Assembly (NCBI GenBank): GCA_041477795.1
Contig: JBGOUY010000003.1
Span: forward strand, 1 to 35,922
Source of the DNA: a bacterium
GTDB lineage: Bacteria; SAR324; JACQKK01
Length of the DNA stretch: 35,922 bases
Reading direction: 5' to 3'
The position numbers and the translations under genes are program-made. Shown in pieces: positions 18,677-28,510 of this stretch. Every line of letters starts with the position of its first letter. The stretch's first letter is position 1. The notes beneath the pieces are model-generated. The model searched no databases. It had not been told where the DNA came from and worked only from the letters and a program-made list of their open reading frames with translations.

Positions 18677-19306
18677 TCAGCCTGCGGGAACGTCGTACAC
18701 CCACGGCCGCCGGGCGCGGTCCCGCGCCTGGTACGCCGCGATGCGGTCCGCATGGCGCAGGGTGCTCGAGATGGCATCCAGGCCTTCGAGCAACGCCGTG
18801 CGGTGCAAATCGGCAAGGGTGAAGGGGAAGCGCTGGCCATCCGGAGCGGTGACCGTGCAGGACTCCAGGTCCACGGTGACGGGCTGCTGGCCGCCCGACT
18901 GCTCGACCTGGGCCGCGATGGCCTCCACCTGCGCAATGGGCAACGTCACCGGCAACATGCCGTTGCGGAAGCAGTTGGCGTGGAAGATGTGACCATAGCT
19001 GGGCGCGATCACGCAGCGGATGCCGAAGTCGCGCAGGGCCCAGGCCGCGACTTCCCGCGAGCTGCCGCAGGCGAAGTTGTGCCCGGCCAGCAGGATCACC
19101 GCCTGGCGGTAGGGCGAGCGGTTGAGCAGGAAGCCCGGATCCTCCTTGCGCTCGCCGTCGCTGTAGCGCCAGTTGGCGAAGAGGCCTTCCGCGAAGCCGG
19201 TCTTGCTGACCTTCATCAGTTCCCGGCCCGGGATGATGGCATCGGTGTCCACGTTGTGGCGCATGAGCGGCGCGGCCACTCCGGTCAGGCTCGTGAAGCG
19301 CTCCAT
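18677..19306 (-). CDS. leuD: 3-isopropylmalate dehydratase small subunit (bacterial LeuD type)
   Basis: MERFTSLTGVAAPL..NVDTDAIIP, LFANWRY, NFACGSSREVA.WAL.DFG, LLEGLD.I. Physiological substrate is uncertain. Confidence 0.85.
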   Translation of the reverse strand: MERFTSLTGVAAPLMRHNVDTDAIIPGRELMKVSKTGFAEGLFANWRYSDGERKEDPGFLLNRSPYRQAVILLAGHNFACGSSREVAAWALRDFGIRCVIAPSYGHIFHANCFRNGMLPVTLPIAQVEAIAAQVEQSGGQQPVTVDLESCTVTAPDGQRFPFTLADLHRTALLEGLDAISSTLRHADRIAAYQARDRARRPWVYDVPAG

Positions 19307-19308
19307 GG

Positions 19309-20727
19309 CTATGCCCTCAGGTGACGCACGTCGGCGATGCGCCCGGCCAGCGCGGAGGCCGCCACCGTGACCGGGCTGGCCAGATGCGAGCGCACGCCCG
19401 GCCCCTGGCGCCCTTCGAAGTTGCGGTTGGTCGTCGAGACGACGCGTTGCTGCACGCCGAAGCCTTCGCCTTTCACGCCGCCGCTCATGCAGAACGAGCA
19501 GCCCGACTCCCGCCATTCGAAGCCCGCCGCGCGGAAGATGCGGTCGATCCCTTCCGCCTCCGCGGCGCGCTTGACCTGGGTGGAGCCCGGGGTGCAGATG
19601 GCCTTGACCCCCGCGGGCACGCGCCCGCCTTTCAGCACGGCCGCCGCGGCCCGCAGGTCGTCCAGCCGGCTGTTGGTGCAGGAGCCGATGAAGGCGCCCT
19701 CGATCGGCAGGCCCGCCAGCGCCTGGCCCGGCTGCAGGCCCATGTAACTCAGGGCGCGCTCCATGCCCTGGCGCGCCACGGGGTCCGCGGCGCGGGCGGG
19801 GTCGGGCACGTGACCGTCGACGCCGGTTTCCTGCTCCGGGCTGGTGCCCCAGGTCACTTGCGGCGCCAGGCCGCTGCAATCGATGCGCACTTCCCGGTCG
19901 AAGCGGGCCCCGCGGTCGCTGGGCAGGGCGCGCCAGTACGCCGCCGCCTGCTCCCAGGCCCGGCCCTTGGGGGCGAAGGGGCGGCCGGCCAGGTAGGACA
20001 GCGTGGTGTCGTCCGGGGCCACGAAGGTCATGCGGGCGGAGAACTCGATGCCCATGTTGCACAGCGTGAGGCGGCCCTCCACGCCCAGGGCACGCACCGC
20101 GCTGCCGGCGTATTCCACCGCGTAACCGTTGCCGCCATCCGCGCTGATGCGCCCGATCAGGTGCAGCACCAGGTCCTTCGCGCTCACGTGCGTGGGCAGC
20201 GTGCCCTCGAAGTTCACCCGCATGGTCTGCGGGCGGGTGAGCAGCAGGGTCTGCGTGGCCAGCACGTGGCCGCCCTCGGTGGAGCCGATGCCCCAGGCCA
20301 GCGCCCCCACCCCGCCCACGGTGCAGGTGTGGCTGTCTCCGCACACCAGCGTCGTGCCCGGCAGGGCGATCCCCAGCTCCGGGGAGACCACGTGAACGAT
20401 GCCCTGGTAGGGGTGCTCGAGGTCGAACAGACGCAGGCCGTGCTTGCGGGTGCCTTCGCGCAGGCCGCTGATGAATCCGTCGCCGCCCGGGATGCGCGTG
20501 GTGTACCCGCGCCCGGGCAGGGTCTCGATCACATGGTCCAGCGTCGCGAAGGTGAGCTCCGGGTGGCGCACGGGCCGGGGCGGGTCGTCCAGCTCCTTGA
20601 ACGACATCGTGCCGCTCAGCTCGTGCAGGAAGTGCCGGTCGATGTGGATCAGGCAGGTGTCCTGGCCCAGATCGGCCACCACGTGGTCATCCCAGACCTT
20701 CTCGAACATCGTGCGGGCTGGGGGCAT
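19309..20727 (-). CDS. leuC: 3-isopropylmalate dehydratase large subunit (bacterial LeuC type)
   Basis: RTMFEKVWDDH, IDRHFLHE, QGIVHV, CGDSHT, VTWGTSP, IGSCTNSR, GCSFC, NRNFEGRQG. Physiological substrate is uncertain. Confidence 0.87.
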   Translation of the reverse strand: MPPARTMFEKVWDDHVVADLGQDTCLIHIDRHFLHELSGTMSFKELDDPPRPVRHPELTFATLDHVIETLPGRGYTTRIPGGDGFISGLREGTRKHGLRLFDLEHPYQGIVHVVSPELGIALPGTTLVCGDSHTCTVGGVGALAWGIGSTEGGHVLATQTLLLTRPQTMRVNFEGTLPTHVSAKDLVLHLIGRISADGGNGYAVEYAGSAVRALGVEGRLTLCNMGIEFSARMTFVAPDDTTLSYLAGRPFAPKGRAWEQAAAYWRALPSDRGARFDREVRIDCSGLAPQVTWGTSPEQETGVDGHVPDPARAADPVARQGMERALSYMGLQPGQALAGLPIEGAFIGSCTNSRLDDLRAAAAVLKGGRVPAGVKAICTPGSTQVKRAAEAEGIDRIFRAAGFEWRESGCSFCMSGGVKGEGFGVQQRVVSTTNRNFEGRQGPGVRSHLASPVTVAASALAGRIADVRHLRA

Positions 20728-21031
20728 GCGGGCCTCCGGTGGGGTGGGAATCGAGTCTGGAGCCAGGGGGCGCGCGGCGGTCGTGGCCAGCCGCCCGCGC
20801 CGCGAGACAGCCTGAGCGGTCCCTATCACTGCCGCGCTGGCGGGACAAGCTGTGCGAGCCCCGCGGCCCATGCGGCCGGCCGGCGCGACCCACGCCCCGG
20901 CCCTCGACGGCGGGCAGTCGTTGTGCCTATGATGCGCCACAGCCAGGGAGAGACGGCAACGGGGCGAGTCCGGGTGCATGGGCGCCCGGCTCGCGGCTCC
21001 ATGGGCCTGCGACCCTGAGAGGAGAGCGGCG

Positions 21032-21253
21032 ATGGGCGCCACCACCAGCGTCCGCAGCGCCGAGACGCACGTGCATATCCGCCGCACACACATCCGCCGC
21101 GCGGTGCAGGAGCAGGGCATCCGGCACTGCCACGCTGCCGGGCGCGGCATCTGCCACCCGGTGCTGCCGGAGCAGGGCCCCGCCCTGCCGGGGCGCCTGC
21201 CGCTGCTGCGCGCCCGCGCAGGCAGGCCCGCCGCACCCGGTCACGCCCGCTAA
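21032..21253 (+). pseudogene. Decayed LeuC/HacA-like large-subunit fragment
   Basis: GAGGAG RBS, then MGAT..SVRSAE...[36 protein letters not shown], which aligns with TVLDAE...[36 protein letters not shown] of the 17349-18611 protein. Confidence 0.75.
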
Positions 21254-21258
21254 GGCCC

Positions 21259-22293
21259 ATGGAAATGCCCTTGCCACAAGCCGGTGCGGCGAGTGCGGGT
21301 GCCCGCCCGGCCGTGATCGAGGTGGAGCGCCTGACCAAGTGGTTCCCGCTCAGCCGGGGCTTTCTGCGGGAGCTGCTGGGGCGCGGGGAGCGGCTTAACC
21401 TCAAGGCCGTGGACGGCGTGAGCTTCTCCATCAAGCAGGGCGAGGTGCTCGGACTGGCCGGGGAGAGCGGTTGCGGCAAGTCCACCACGGGCATGACCCT
21501 GCTCAAGCTCTACGAGCCGAGCGGCGGCGCCATCCGCTTCATGGGCGAGGATCTTGCCTCGATCCGCAACGCGCGGCGCCTGAAGACGTTCCGGCGCAAC
21601 GCCCAGATCGTATTCCAGAACCCCTACGAGTCTCTCAATCCGCGCCTGACGGTGTTCCAGAGCGTACGCGAGCCCATTGCAGTGCACTTCCCGGGGGACG
21701 AGGAGTTCCACCTGGCCAAGGTGGTGGCGGCCCTGGAACGCGCCGGGCTGCGGCCACCCGCAAGCTATCTGGCCCGCTACCCCCACGAGCTGAGCGGCGG
21801 ACAGCTCCAGCGCGTGGCGATCGCCCGGGCCATCGGGGTGGAGCCCCGCTTTCTGGTGGCCGACGAGCCGGTCTCCATGCTGGACGTGTCCATCCGCGCC
21901 GGCATCCTCAACCTGCTCCGCTTCTTCACGCGCGAGCTGGAGATGGGCATGCTCTACATCTCGCACGACCTGTCCACCATGAAGCAGGTCTGCACGCGCG
22001 TAGGCGTGATGTACCTGGGCAAGATCGTGGAGATCGGTGCCACTGCCGCCATCCTGCACGACCCCCGCCACCCGTATGCGCAGGCCTTGGTGGCCGCCAT
22101 TCCCGTGATGGCGGGCGATGGCACCCGCAAGCGCATCCACCTGCAGGGCGCCGTCCCCAATCCGATCCATATGCCGGCCGGCTGCCGGTTTCATCCGCGC
22201 TGCCCCGCCGTGATGGCCCGCTGCCGCGTGGAGGAGCCGGCGCTGCGGGCCCAGCCCGACGGGCGCCAGGTGGCCTGTCATCTCTATGATTGA
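21259..22293 (+). CDS. Oligopeptide/dipeptide ABC ATP-binding protein (OppF/DppF-like)
   Basis: AVDGVSF, GESGCGKST, VFQNPYESLNPR, YPHELSGGQLQR, ADEPVSMLDVS, HPY, GCRFHPRCP, VACHL. Confidence 0.92.
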   Translation: MEMPLPQAGAASAGARPAVIEVERLTKWFPLSRGFLRELLGRGERLNLKAVDGVSFSIKQGEVLGLAGESGCGKSTTGMTLLKLYEPSGGAIRFMGEDLASIRNARRLKTFRRNAQIVFQNPYESLNPRLTVFQSVREPIAVHFPGDEEFHLAKVVAALERAGLRPPASYLARYPHELSGGQLQRVAIARAIGVEPRFLVADEPVSMLDVSIRAGILNLLRFFTRELEMGMLYISHDLSTMKQVCTRVGVMYLGKIVEIGATAAILHDPRHPYAQALVAAIPVMAGDGTRKRIHLQGAVPNPIHMPAGCRFHPRCPAVMARCRVEEPALRAQPDGRQVACHLYD

Positions 22294-22367
22294 TCGCGCC
22301 CGCGCCAGCCGCGTCCGTCCCGGCTGGGGGGCCGGCCAACCATCACCCACGCCGAAAGGAGCGCGCC

Positions 22368-23312
22368 ATGGAAAAGAAAAGCACCCGCCTGCGCAAGCTG
22401 TTCGAGGACAGCCAGATCCTCACCACCATCTGGGGCGCCACCGCACATCACGCTCAGCTCAGCCAGGGTGCCGGCTTCCAGGCCTTCGGCATCTCCGGCT
22501 CGAACACCAGCACGCACCTGCTGGGCCTGCCCGATGCGGGCTTCATCACCCTGACTGAGCTGGTAGAGAACGTGGAGCGCATCTGCCGTGCCGTGGAGAT
22601 CCCGGTGTTGGTGGACTGCGACACGGGCTTCGGCAACGCCATCAACGTGCGCCGCACCGTGGACTCCGTGATCCGCGCCGGCGCGGCCTGCCTGTTCATC
22701 GAGGACCAAGTCTTTCCCAAGCGCTGCGGCTTTGTCAAAGGCAAGGAGCTGATCCCCCTGGAAGAGGCCGTGGGCAAGTACCGCGCCGCGGCCGACGTGC
22801 GCGACGAGCTGGACCCGGACTTCATGCTGATGGCGCGCACGGACGCGCGCGGGGCCGTCGGTGGCAGCGTGGAGGAGGTGATCCGGCGCGGCAAGGCCTA
22901 CCTGGAGGCCGGCGTGGACATCTTCTACGCCGAGGCCCTGCAATCGCGCGAGGAGATTCGCGCGGTGCGCGCGGCCCTGCCCGACTGCCTGCTGATCGCC
23001 ACCCAGTACGCCATCAAACCGCCGCTCAGCCGCCAGGAGATGATCGACCTGGGCTTGTCCATGACGGGCATCCACATTGCGCGCATCGCCTCCATCGCCA
23101 TGTACGAGTTTCTCAAGGACTACCGGCAGCGCGGCGAGGATGCCTACAACGAATTCACCGCACGCTACGAGGGCCATCCGCTCGCCGGCTTCGGCATCTT
23201 CGACCTGACGGGCTTTCCGCAGGTAGTGGAATGGGAGCGGGCCTACCTGCCCAAGGAGCGGCTGGAACGCTACGAGCAATCGCTCGGGGTATACGACCCG
23301 CGCCACCGCTGA
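22368..23312 (+). CDS. Isocitrate lyase/PEP mutase superfamily C-C lyase, paralog 2
   Basis: AAGGAG RBS; LGLPDAG, VDCDTGFG, IEDQVFPKRCGF, ARTDAR. Confidence 0.88.
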   Translation: MEKKSTRLRKLFEDSQILTTIWGATAHHAQLSQGAGFQAFGISGSNTSTHLLGLPDAGFITLTELVENVERICRAVEIPVLVDCDTGFGNAINVRRTVDSVIRAGAACLFIEDQVFPKRCGFVKGKELIPLEEAVGKYRAAADVRDELDPDFMLMARTDARGAVGGSVEEVIRRGKAYLEAGVDIFYAEALQSREEIRAVRAALPDCLLIATQYAIKPPLSRQEMIDLGLSMTGIHIARIASIAMYEFLKDYRQRGEDAYNEFTARYEGHPLAGFGIFDLTGFPQVVEWERAYLPKERLERYEQSLGVYDPRHR

Positions 23313-23387
23313 CGGGCACGGCAGCCGGTGCGCCGGCTGCGGCCGGCAGCGGGGCGCCCACTGCGCGCGGGCGCCGGCGGGTCGCGC

Positions 23388-24392
23388 TCAGGCGCCGGCC
23401 CAGGTGGCGGCGTCCCGCGCGGCGACCCGGAACTCCTCGATCCGATCCAGGTGGTGGCAGGCCGAAACGTGACCGGGGCCGACCTCCCGCAGCACCGGCT
23501 CCTCGGCACTGCACTGCTCCGTGGCAAACGGGCAGCGCTCGTGAAAGCGGCAGCCCGGCGGCGGCGCGATCAGGTCCGGCGGCGCGCCGGGAATGGAGAT
23601 CAGCTCGCGCATCTCCTCCCCGATGGATGGGAAGGCGTTGACCAGGCCCAGCGTGTAGGGGTGCTGCGGCTGGCGGAACACGACGCGGTCGCCGTACTCC
23701 ATCAGCTTGCCGGCATACATGACCGCAATGCGGTTGCAGTTCTCCGAGACGACGGCCAGGTCGTGCGTGATCAAGAGCATGGTCTTGCGCAGACGCTCGT
23801 GGATTTCCTTCAGCCGCACCAGGATCTGGTCCTGCACGATCACGTCCAGGCCCGTCGTGGGCTCGTCGGCGATGATCAGCACGGGGTCCAGCACCAGCGC
23901 CATGGCGATCATGGCGCGTTGGCGCATGCCGCCGCTGAACTGGTGCGGATAGTCCTTCAGCCGCGCAGGATCCAGGCCGACCATCTGGAACAGCTCCGCG
24001 GCGCGCGCCTGCATCGTGCGCGAGGAAGCCCGCCGGTGGGCCGCGTAGGCCTCGATGAGCTGCTGCTCGATGCGATAGACTGGGTCGAAGGAGTGCATCG
24101 CGCTCTGGGGCACGAGCGAGATCTCTTTCCAGCGGATCTCGTTGAGCTCCCGGTCGCTGAGCGTGTTCAGCAGGCGCCCGCCGAAGCGGATGCTGCCCCC
24201 GGCGATTTCCCCGTTCGGCGGCAGGATGCCCAGGATCGCCTTGGCGATGGTGGACTTGCCGCAGCCCGATTCGCCCACCAAGCCCAGGTAGTCGCCCTCA
24301 TGGATGGCGAAGGAGACGCCGTCCACGGCCTTGGACGGGCCTTTGGCGGTGCGGAAGTACACGCGCAGGTCGCTCACCTCCAGCACGGCCAT
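23388..24392 (-). CDS. Oligopeptide/dipeptide ABC ATP-binding protein (OppD/DppD-like)
   Basis: GESGCGKST, YPHQFSGGMRQR, ADEPTTGLDV, ITHDL, HPYT, GCRFHERCP. Confidence 0.92.
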   Translation of the reverse strand: MAVLEVSDLRVYFRTAKGPSKAVDGVSFAIHEGDYLGLVGESGCGKSTIAKAILGILPPNGEIAGGSIRFGGRLLNTLSDRELNEIRWKEISLVPQSAMHSFDPVYRIEQQLIEAYAAHRRASSRTMQARAAELFQMVGLDPARLKDYPHQFSGGMRQRAMIAMALVLDPVLIIADEPTTGLDVIVQDQILVRLKEIHERLRKTMLLITHDLAVVSENCNRIAVMYAGKLMEYGDRVVFRQPQHPYTLGLVNAFPSIGEEMRELISIPGAPPDLIAPPPGCRFHERCPFATEQCSAEEPVLREVGPGHVSACHHLDRIEEFRVAARDAATWAGA

Positions 24393-24395
24393 GGC

Positions 24396-25358
24396 CTAGA
24401 TGTCCCTCAGGCGCGGGTTGATCATCTCCTCGTAGGCGCGCGTGATCATGAAGCTGGACGTGACCAGCAGGCTCAGGCACAGGCCCGGCGGCAGCACCCA
24501 CCACCACGCATTGCGCATCGCTCCAGCGTTGAACGCCCCATTGAGCATGGAGCCCCAGCTCACGACGTGCGGATCGCCGAAGCCCAGGAAGCTCAGCGCC
24601 GCTTCCAGGAACACTCCCGCCGAGACGCCGATCGCCATGTACAGGAAGCTCAGGGGCAGCACGTTGGGCGCGATGTGGTAGAAGAGGATCTTGACCTCGT
24701 GCGTACCCGCCGCGCGCGCTGCCCACACGAACGGCCGCTCGCGCAGGCTCAGCACCTGGGAGCGGATCACGCGCGCGGTGGTGCGCCAGAGGAAGAAGAT
24801 CACCAGCAGGATCACCACGGTCAGGCTGGGCGTGGTGATCGAGATGACGATCAGGGCGAAGGGCAGGAACGGAATGCCGAAGGCCACGTCCGTGATGCGC
24901 ATCAGCACTTCATCCAGCCAGCCCCCGTAGTAGCCGGAAAAGAGTCCCACCAGCGTGCCAATGACCACGCTGCCGATCGCCGAGAGGATGCCCACCGTCA
25001 GCGCAACGCGGGACCCCCAGAGCAGTTGGCTGTAGACATCCATGCCCTGGTTGGTCGTGCCCAGCCAGTTGGTCAGCGTGGGCACGGAAAGCCGCACCAC
25101 GGACTTGTCCGCGTGATAGACCACGTCGAACGGGCCGAACGGCGCGATCAGCGGCGCGGCCAGGGCCATGGCCACGAACATCACCACCAGCACCAGGCCG
25201 ACCGCCCCCAGGGGGTCTTTCCCGATCACGCGCAGGCTGGCCAGCGTCAGGCGCAGCAGCGAGGTGCGGCGCCGGATGGTCGCGCGCACGGCCCTCACGG
25301 AGAGGGCCTGGGCCGCCACGGGCCCACTCGTTGAAACGATCGGGTGCGGTTCGCTCAT
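24396..25358 (-). CDS. Oligopeptide/dipeptide ABC permease (OppC/DppC-like)
   Basis: WLGTTNQGMD, ARVIRSQVLSLRER, HIAPN, EAALSFLGFG, SWGSML, NPRLR. Confidence 0.92.
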   Translation of the reverse strand: MSEPHPIVSTSGPVAAQALSVRAVRATIRRRTSLLRLTLASLRVIGKDPLGAVGLVLVVMFVAMALAAPLIAPFGPFDVVYHADKSVVRLSVPTLTNWLGTTNQGMDVYSQLLWGSRVALTVGILSAIGSVVIGTLVGLFSGYYGGWLDEVLMRITDVAFGIPFLPFALIVISITTPSLTVVILLVIFFLWRTTARVIRSQVLSLRERPFVWAARAAGTHEVKILFYHIAPNVLPLSFLYMAIGVSAGVFLEAALSFLGFGDPHVVSWGSMLNGAFNAGAMRNAWWWVLPPGLCLSLLVTSSFMITRAYEEMINPRLRDI

Positions 25359-25402
25359 GGATCTGCTTCGTCGCCGCTGCGATCAGGACCTGCGCCGTGC
25401 GT

Positions 25403-26377
25403 TCAATGATACGTGATGCGCGGGTCAACCAGCCCGTACAGCACGTCCGCGATGAAGTTGAGGAACAGGATGGTCAGGGCCATCAGGTAGAACGCCGCCT
25501 GCGCCACCGGGTAGTCCAAGTCGTTCAGCGCCGTCACCAGCTCGCGGCCCACGCCCGGCCAGGCGAAGATGATCTCCAGCACCACCTGGCCCTGGAAGAT
25601 GAAGCCGGTCGTCACCGCCACGTACGTCACCAGCGGCAGCAGTGCATTGCGCGTGGCGTGCACAATGATCGCCGCGGGCGGCAGCCCCTTGGCGCGCAGC
25701 ACATCCAGGAAGTCGCTGCCCTTCACCTCCAGCATGCTGCTGCGCAGCAGCAGCGCCGGGCCGGTCACCTCCCGACTGAACACCACCAGCGTGGGCAGGA
25801 TCAGGTGCTTGAGGAAATCCAGCGACAACACCATGTCCCAGAATGCGCCGGCCGAACCGGGGGAAACCATCCCGCCGGAGGGGAGCCAGTGCAACTGGTA
25901 ACTGAACACCATCAGCATCATGATCCCCACGAAGAACGAGGGGGCCGAGCGCAGGAACAGGAACGTGATGATCGTGCCGGACTCGAACGCCGAGCCGCGC
26001 TTCCAGCCCGCCACCGCCCCGATCACCGTTCCCAGGATCACGCTGAGGAACAACGCCGGCAGCATCATGGCGCAGGTATTGGCCAGCTTTTCCGCCACGA
26101 TGCCCTTGACCGGCGCCACCTGGAAGAACGAGGTGCCGAAGTCGAAGCTCAGCATGTTGAGCATGTAGCGCCCGTACTGCACGTACCAGGGCGCATCCAG
26201 ACCCCACGCGTGCCGCGTGCGATCGATCATCTCCAGCGAGAAATTGTTGTCGACGAAAATCGCGGTGGGGTCGCCCGGCAGCAGCTTGAACAGGGCGAAC
26301 ATGATCGTGAGCAGGCACAGCACCACGAACACCAGGGTGACCAGCCGGCGCAAGATGTAGCGACGCAGCCCTCCCAT
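25403..26377 (-). CDS. Oligopeptide/dipeptide ABC permease (OppB/DppB-like)
   Basis: YILRRL, LPGDP, DFGTS, HLILP, RAKGL, HATRNALLP, EIIFAWPGVG, DYP, DPRI. Confidence 0.92.
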   Translation of the reverse strand: MGGLRRYILRRLVTLVFVVLCLLTIMFALFKLLPGDPTAIFVDNNFSLEMIDRTRHAWGLDAPWYVQYGRYMLNMLSFDFGTSFFQVAPVKGIVAEKLANTCAMMLPALFLSVILGTVIGAVAGWKRGSAFESGTIITFLFLRSAPSFFVGIMMLMVFSYQLHWLPSGGMVSPGSAGAFWDMVLSLDFLKHLILPTLVVFSREVTGPALLLRSSMLEVKGSDFLDVLRAKGLPPAAIIVHATRNALLPLVTYVAVTTGFIFQGQVVLEIIFAWPGVGRELVTALNDLDYPVAQAAFYLMALTILFLNFIADVLYGLVDPRITYH

Positions 26378-26464
26378 TGTCACCTGCTTGGCTCTGCGGA
26401 GCGGCGTTCCGCGTGCGACCGTCGCCGGTGCGCCGCGGAACGCCCCTCGCAGATGAGGCCGGGA

Positions 26465-28357
26465 TCAGCGCGGAGCCATCTTCAGCCCGCCCCAGTGGTA
26501 GCCGGGCTTGACGACCTGGTTCACGCGCTCGATGAACGCCTTGTTGTCCGGATCGGGATACAGCAGTCTGCCCTCGCTGTCCCAGCTATACCCCGCATCC
26601 TTGAGGATCTGCCGCGCCTTCTCCAGGTCGAAGGCAGGCACGGGTGGTAGTTTAGGGTTGTTCCACGGGTTGGTATCCACGAGGAACGTATTGGAGGCGG
26701 GCACGCGCCCCTCGCCTTCCCAGACCACCTTGACCAGGAATTCCCGGTCGAACAGGTGCTGCCAGGCTAGGCGGAACTGATAGTCGCGGAAGGGCAGCCA
26801 GGATGTGCGTGGCACGGCATGGAACCAGTTGATGTCCTGCGAGCGCACGATCGTCAGGTGCTTGATCCCGGTCAGCTGCTTGGCCTGGCTGGGCGTCAGG
26901 TTGAGGTCTTCCGTGAAGTCGATCTCGCGCGATTCCAGTCGGCCCAGCTCCCCATCGACGCTGGGCACCACCACGTAGAGCAGCTCGTCGATCTGCGGCG
27001 CCGTGAAGTGCTCCTTGTTGGCCGCCAGCAACAGCTCGGTGTCCTTGCGATGGCGGACGAACTTGAAGGGCCCGCTGCCGATCGGCTGGGTGATTGCAAG
27101 CTGGCGGGGATCGGTCAGCTTTTCCTTCTCCATCCGGCCCTCCCACAGGTGCTTGGGCAGGATCACGTTCAGCACCACAAAGGAGGTCTCGAACTCGGCA
27201 TAGGGCTGCTTGAAGCGCAGCCGCATCGTGCGGGCTTTGGGATCGAGGATCTCGGCCGACTCCAGATACTGGTTGGCCGTCCAAAAGATGCCGCGCTCAT
27301 ACTTCATCATGAAGTCGAGCGTGAACTTGAGATCGTCCAGCGTGACGGGCTTGCCGTCGTGGAATTTCATGCCATCGCGCAGCACCACGTCCCACGTGCG
27401 GTCGTCCACGTTTTCCCAGGATTCCAGGGCCCAGGGAACGGTGTTCAGCTGCTCATCCAGGTAGCCCAGCCGGTCGTAGATCATGCGCCCGATGGCGCGG
27501 AACAGGTTGCCCGCGCCGGTGATATTGAGCGTATCGACCAGGTCCCGCGTGCCCACGACGATGCGGTGGCGCGAGCCCTTGGGCTTGGCCTTGAGATACG
27601 TCCAGAACATGTTGGAATCGGAGATGCCGAACCCGCGCGCCTTGACCACGCCCTCCCAGTCCGCGCTGTTATAGGCCTGCACGATGGAGGGGCCCCAGCC
27701 GAGCTGCGTGATGTACAGGTCGTCGGCGAGCACCGCCTGAGCATCCTGCACCAGCGTGAGCCGCGTCTTGCGGGTGCTGGCGCCAGCCTGGGCGCGGATG
27801 AACTTGTCGTACTCCAGATTGACCCATTCCCCATAGTTGCGCCGGTCAGGCCCGTAGGCGCGCGAGGTGAGCCATTCGGAGGGGTCCATGCGCTCGACGC
27901 GCGGCACGGCCGGGTGCAGCTCCACGTCGCCGTAGTAGTGCTTGTTCACGCTGTCCAGCCAGCGCGTGAGGGAGACCTGGGTGATCTTGTACTTAAGGCC
28001 GATTTTCTCGGCGTCCTGGGCCCACTTGCGCATGGCGTCCAGCCAGAACGGAAAGGCCGGCGTCACAAGCACCTCGAAATCGGGCACGCGCTCGCCCTTC
28101 TTGGGCCATTGGATGCGCGGATAGGTCATCTCCCGCCACTTTGGATCGTCGGCGAAGTAGCCCTTCTGATCCCGATAGACTTTGGCGATGCCGGGATCGA
28201 CGAATTGGAAGTCGTCCTTGGTCTGGGCCCACGCGCTGGCCGGGGCGAGCCATGCCCCCAGGAGCAGGGCGGCCAGCAGCGTCCAGGCCAGGCCCTTGCC
28301 CGACCGGTGGCGCAGGGCGGCGGAAGAGTTGGCTGCGGGCTGCGGCAAGATCTTCAT
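26465..28357 (-). CDS. Family 5 (OppA/DppA) ABC substrate-binding protein, apparently circularly permuted
   Basis: Signal peptide ending ASAWA-Q; IYDRL, LRDGMKFHDGKPVT.DD.KFT, PIGSGPFKF and FDLEKARQILKDAGY are present, but the block order is rearranged. Confidence 0.85.
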   Translation of the reverse strand: MKILPQPAANSSAALRHRSGKGLAWTLLAALLLGAWLAPASAWAQTKDDFQFVDPGIAKVYRDQKGYFADDPKWREMTYPRIQWPKKGERVPDFEVLVTPAFPFWLDAMRKWAQDAEKIGLKYKITQVSLTRWLDSVNKHYYGDVELHPAVPRVERMDPSEWLTSRAYGPDRRNYGEWVNLEYDKFIRAQAGASTRKTRLTLVQDAQAVLADDLYITQLGWGPSIVQAYNSADWEGVVKARGFGISDSNMFWTYLKAKPKGSRHRIVVGTRDLVDTLNITGAGNLFRAIGRMIYDRLGYLDEQLNTVPWALESWENVDDRTWDVVLRDGMKFHDGKPVTLDDLKFTLDFMMKYERGIFWTANQYLESAEILDPKARTMRLRFKQPYAEFETSFVVLNVILPKHLWEGRMEKEKLTDPRQLAITQPIGSGPFKFVRHRKDTELLLAANKEHFTAPQIDELLYVVVPSVDGELGRLESREIDFTEDLNLTPSQAKQLTGIKHLTIVRSQDINWFHAVPRTSWLPFRDYQFRLAWQHLFDREFLVKVVWEGEGRVPASNTFLVDTNPWNNPKLPPVPAFDLEKARQILKDAGYSWDSEGRLLYPDPDNKAFIERVNQVVKPGYHWGGLKMAPR

Positions 28358-28510
28358 AAGGTCCCCTCTGGGTCGAACATCGAAGCCGGTCTGCGGGCAC
28401 ACCGCAGGCGGCAAGCTCCTCCCCCGGTTCGCATGAAACGCGCGCCCACGGCGTCGACCGGCTCCGGCTTGCGGGCCGGGCGGCGTGGGCGCCCGGGTCT
28501 CCCCACCGCG

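Noticed and set aside
18677-20727. Housekeeping leucine operon
   Set aside because: No leuA, leuB or attenuator nearby, and the pair is embedded among catabolic and transport genes. The symbols are family labels only.
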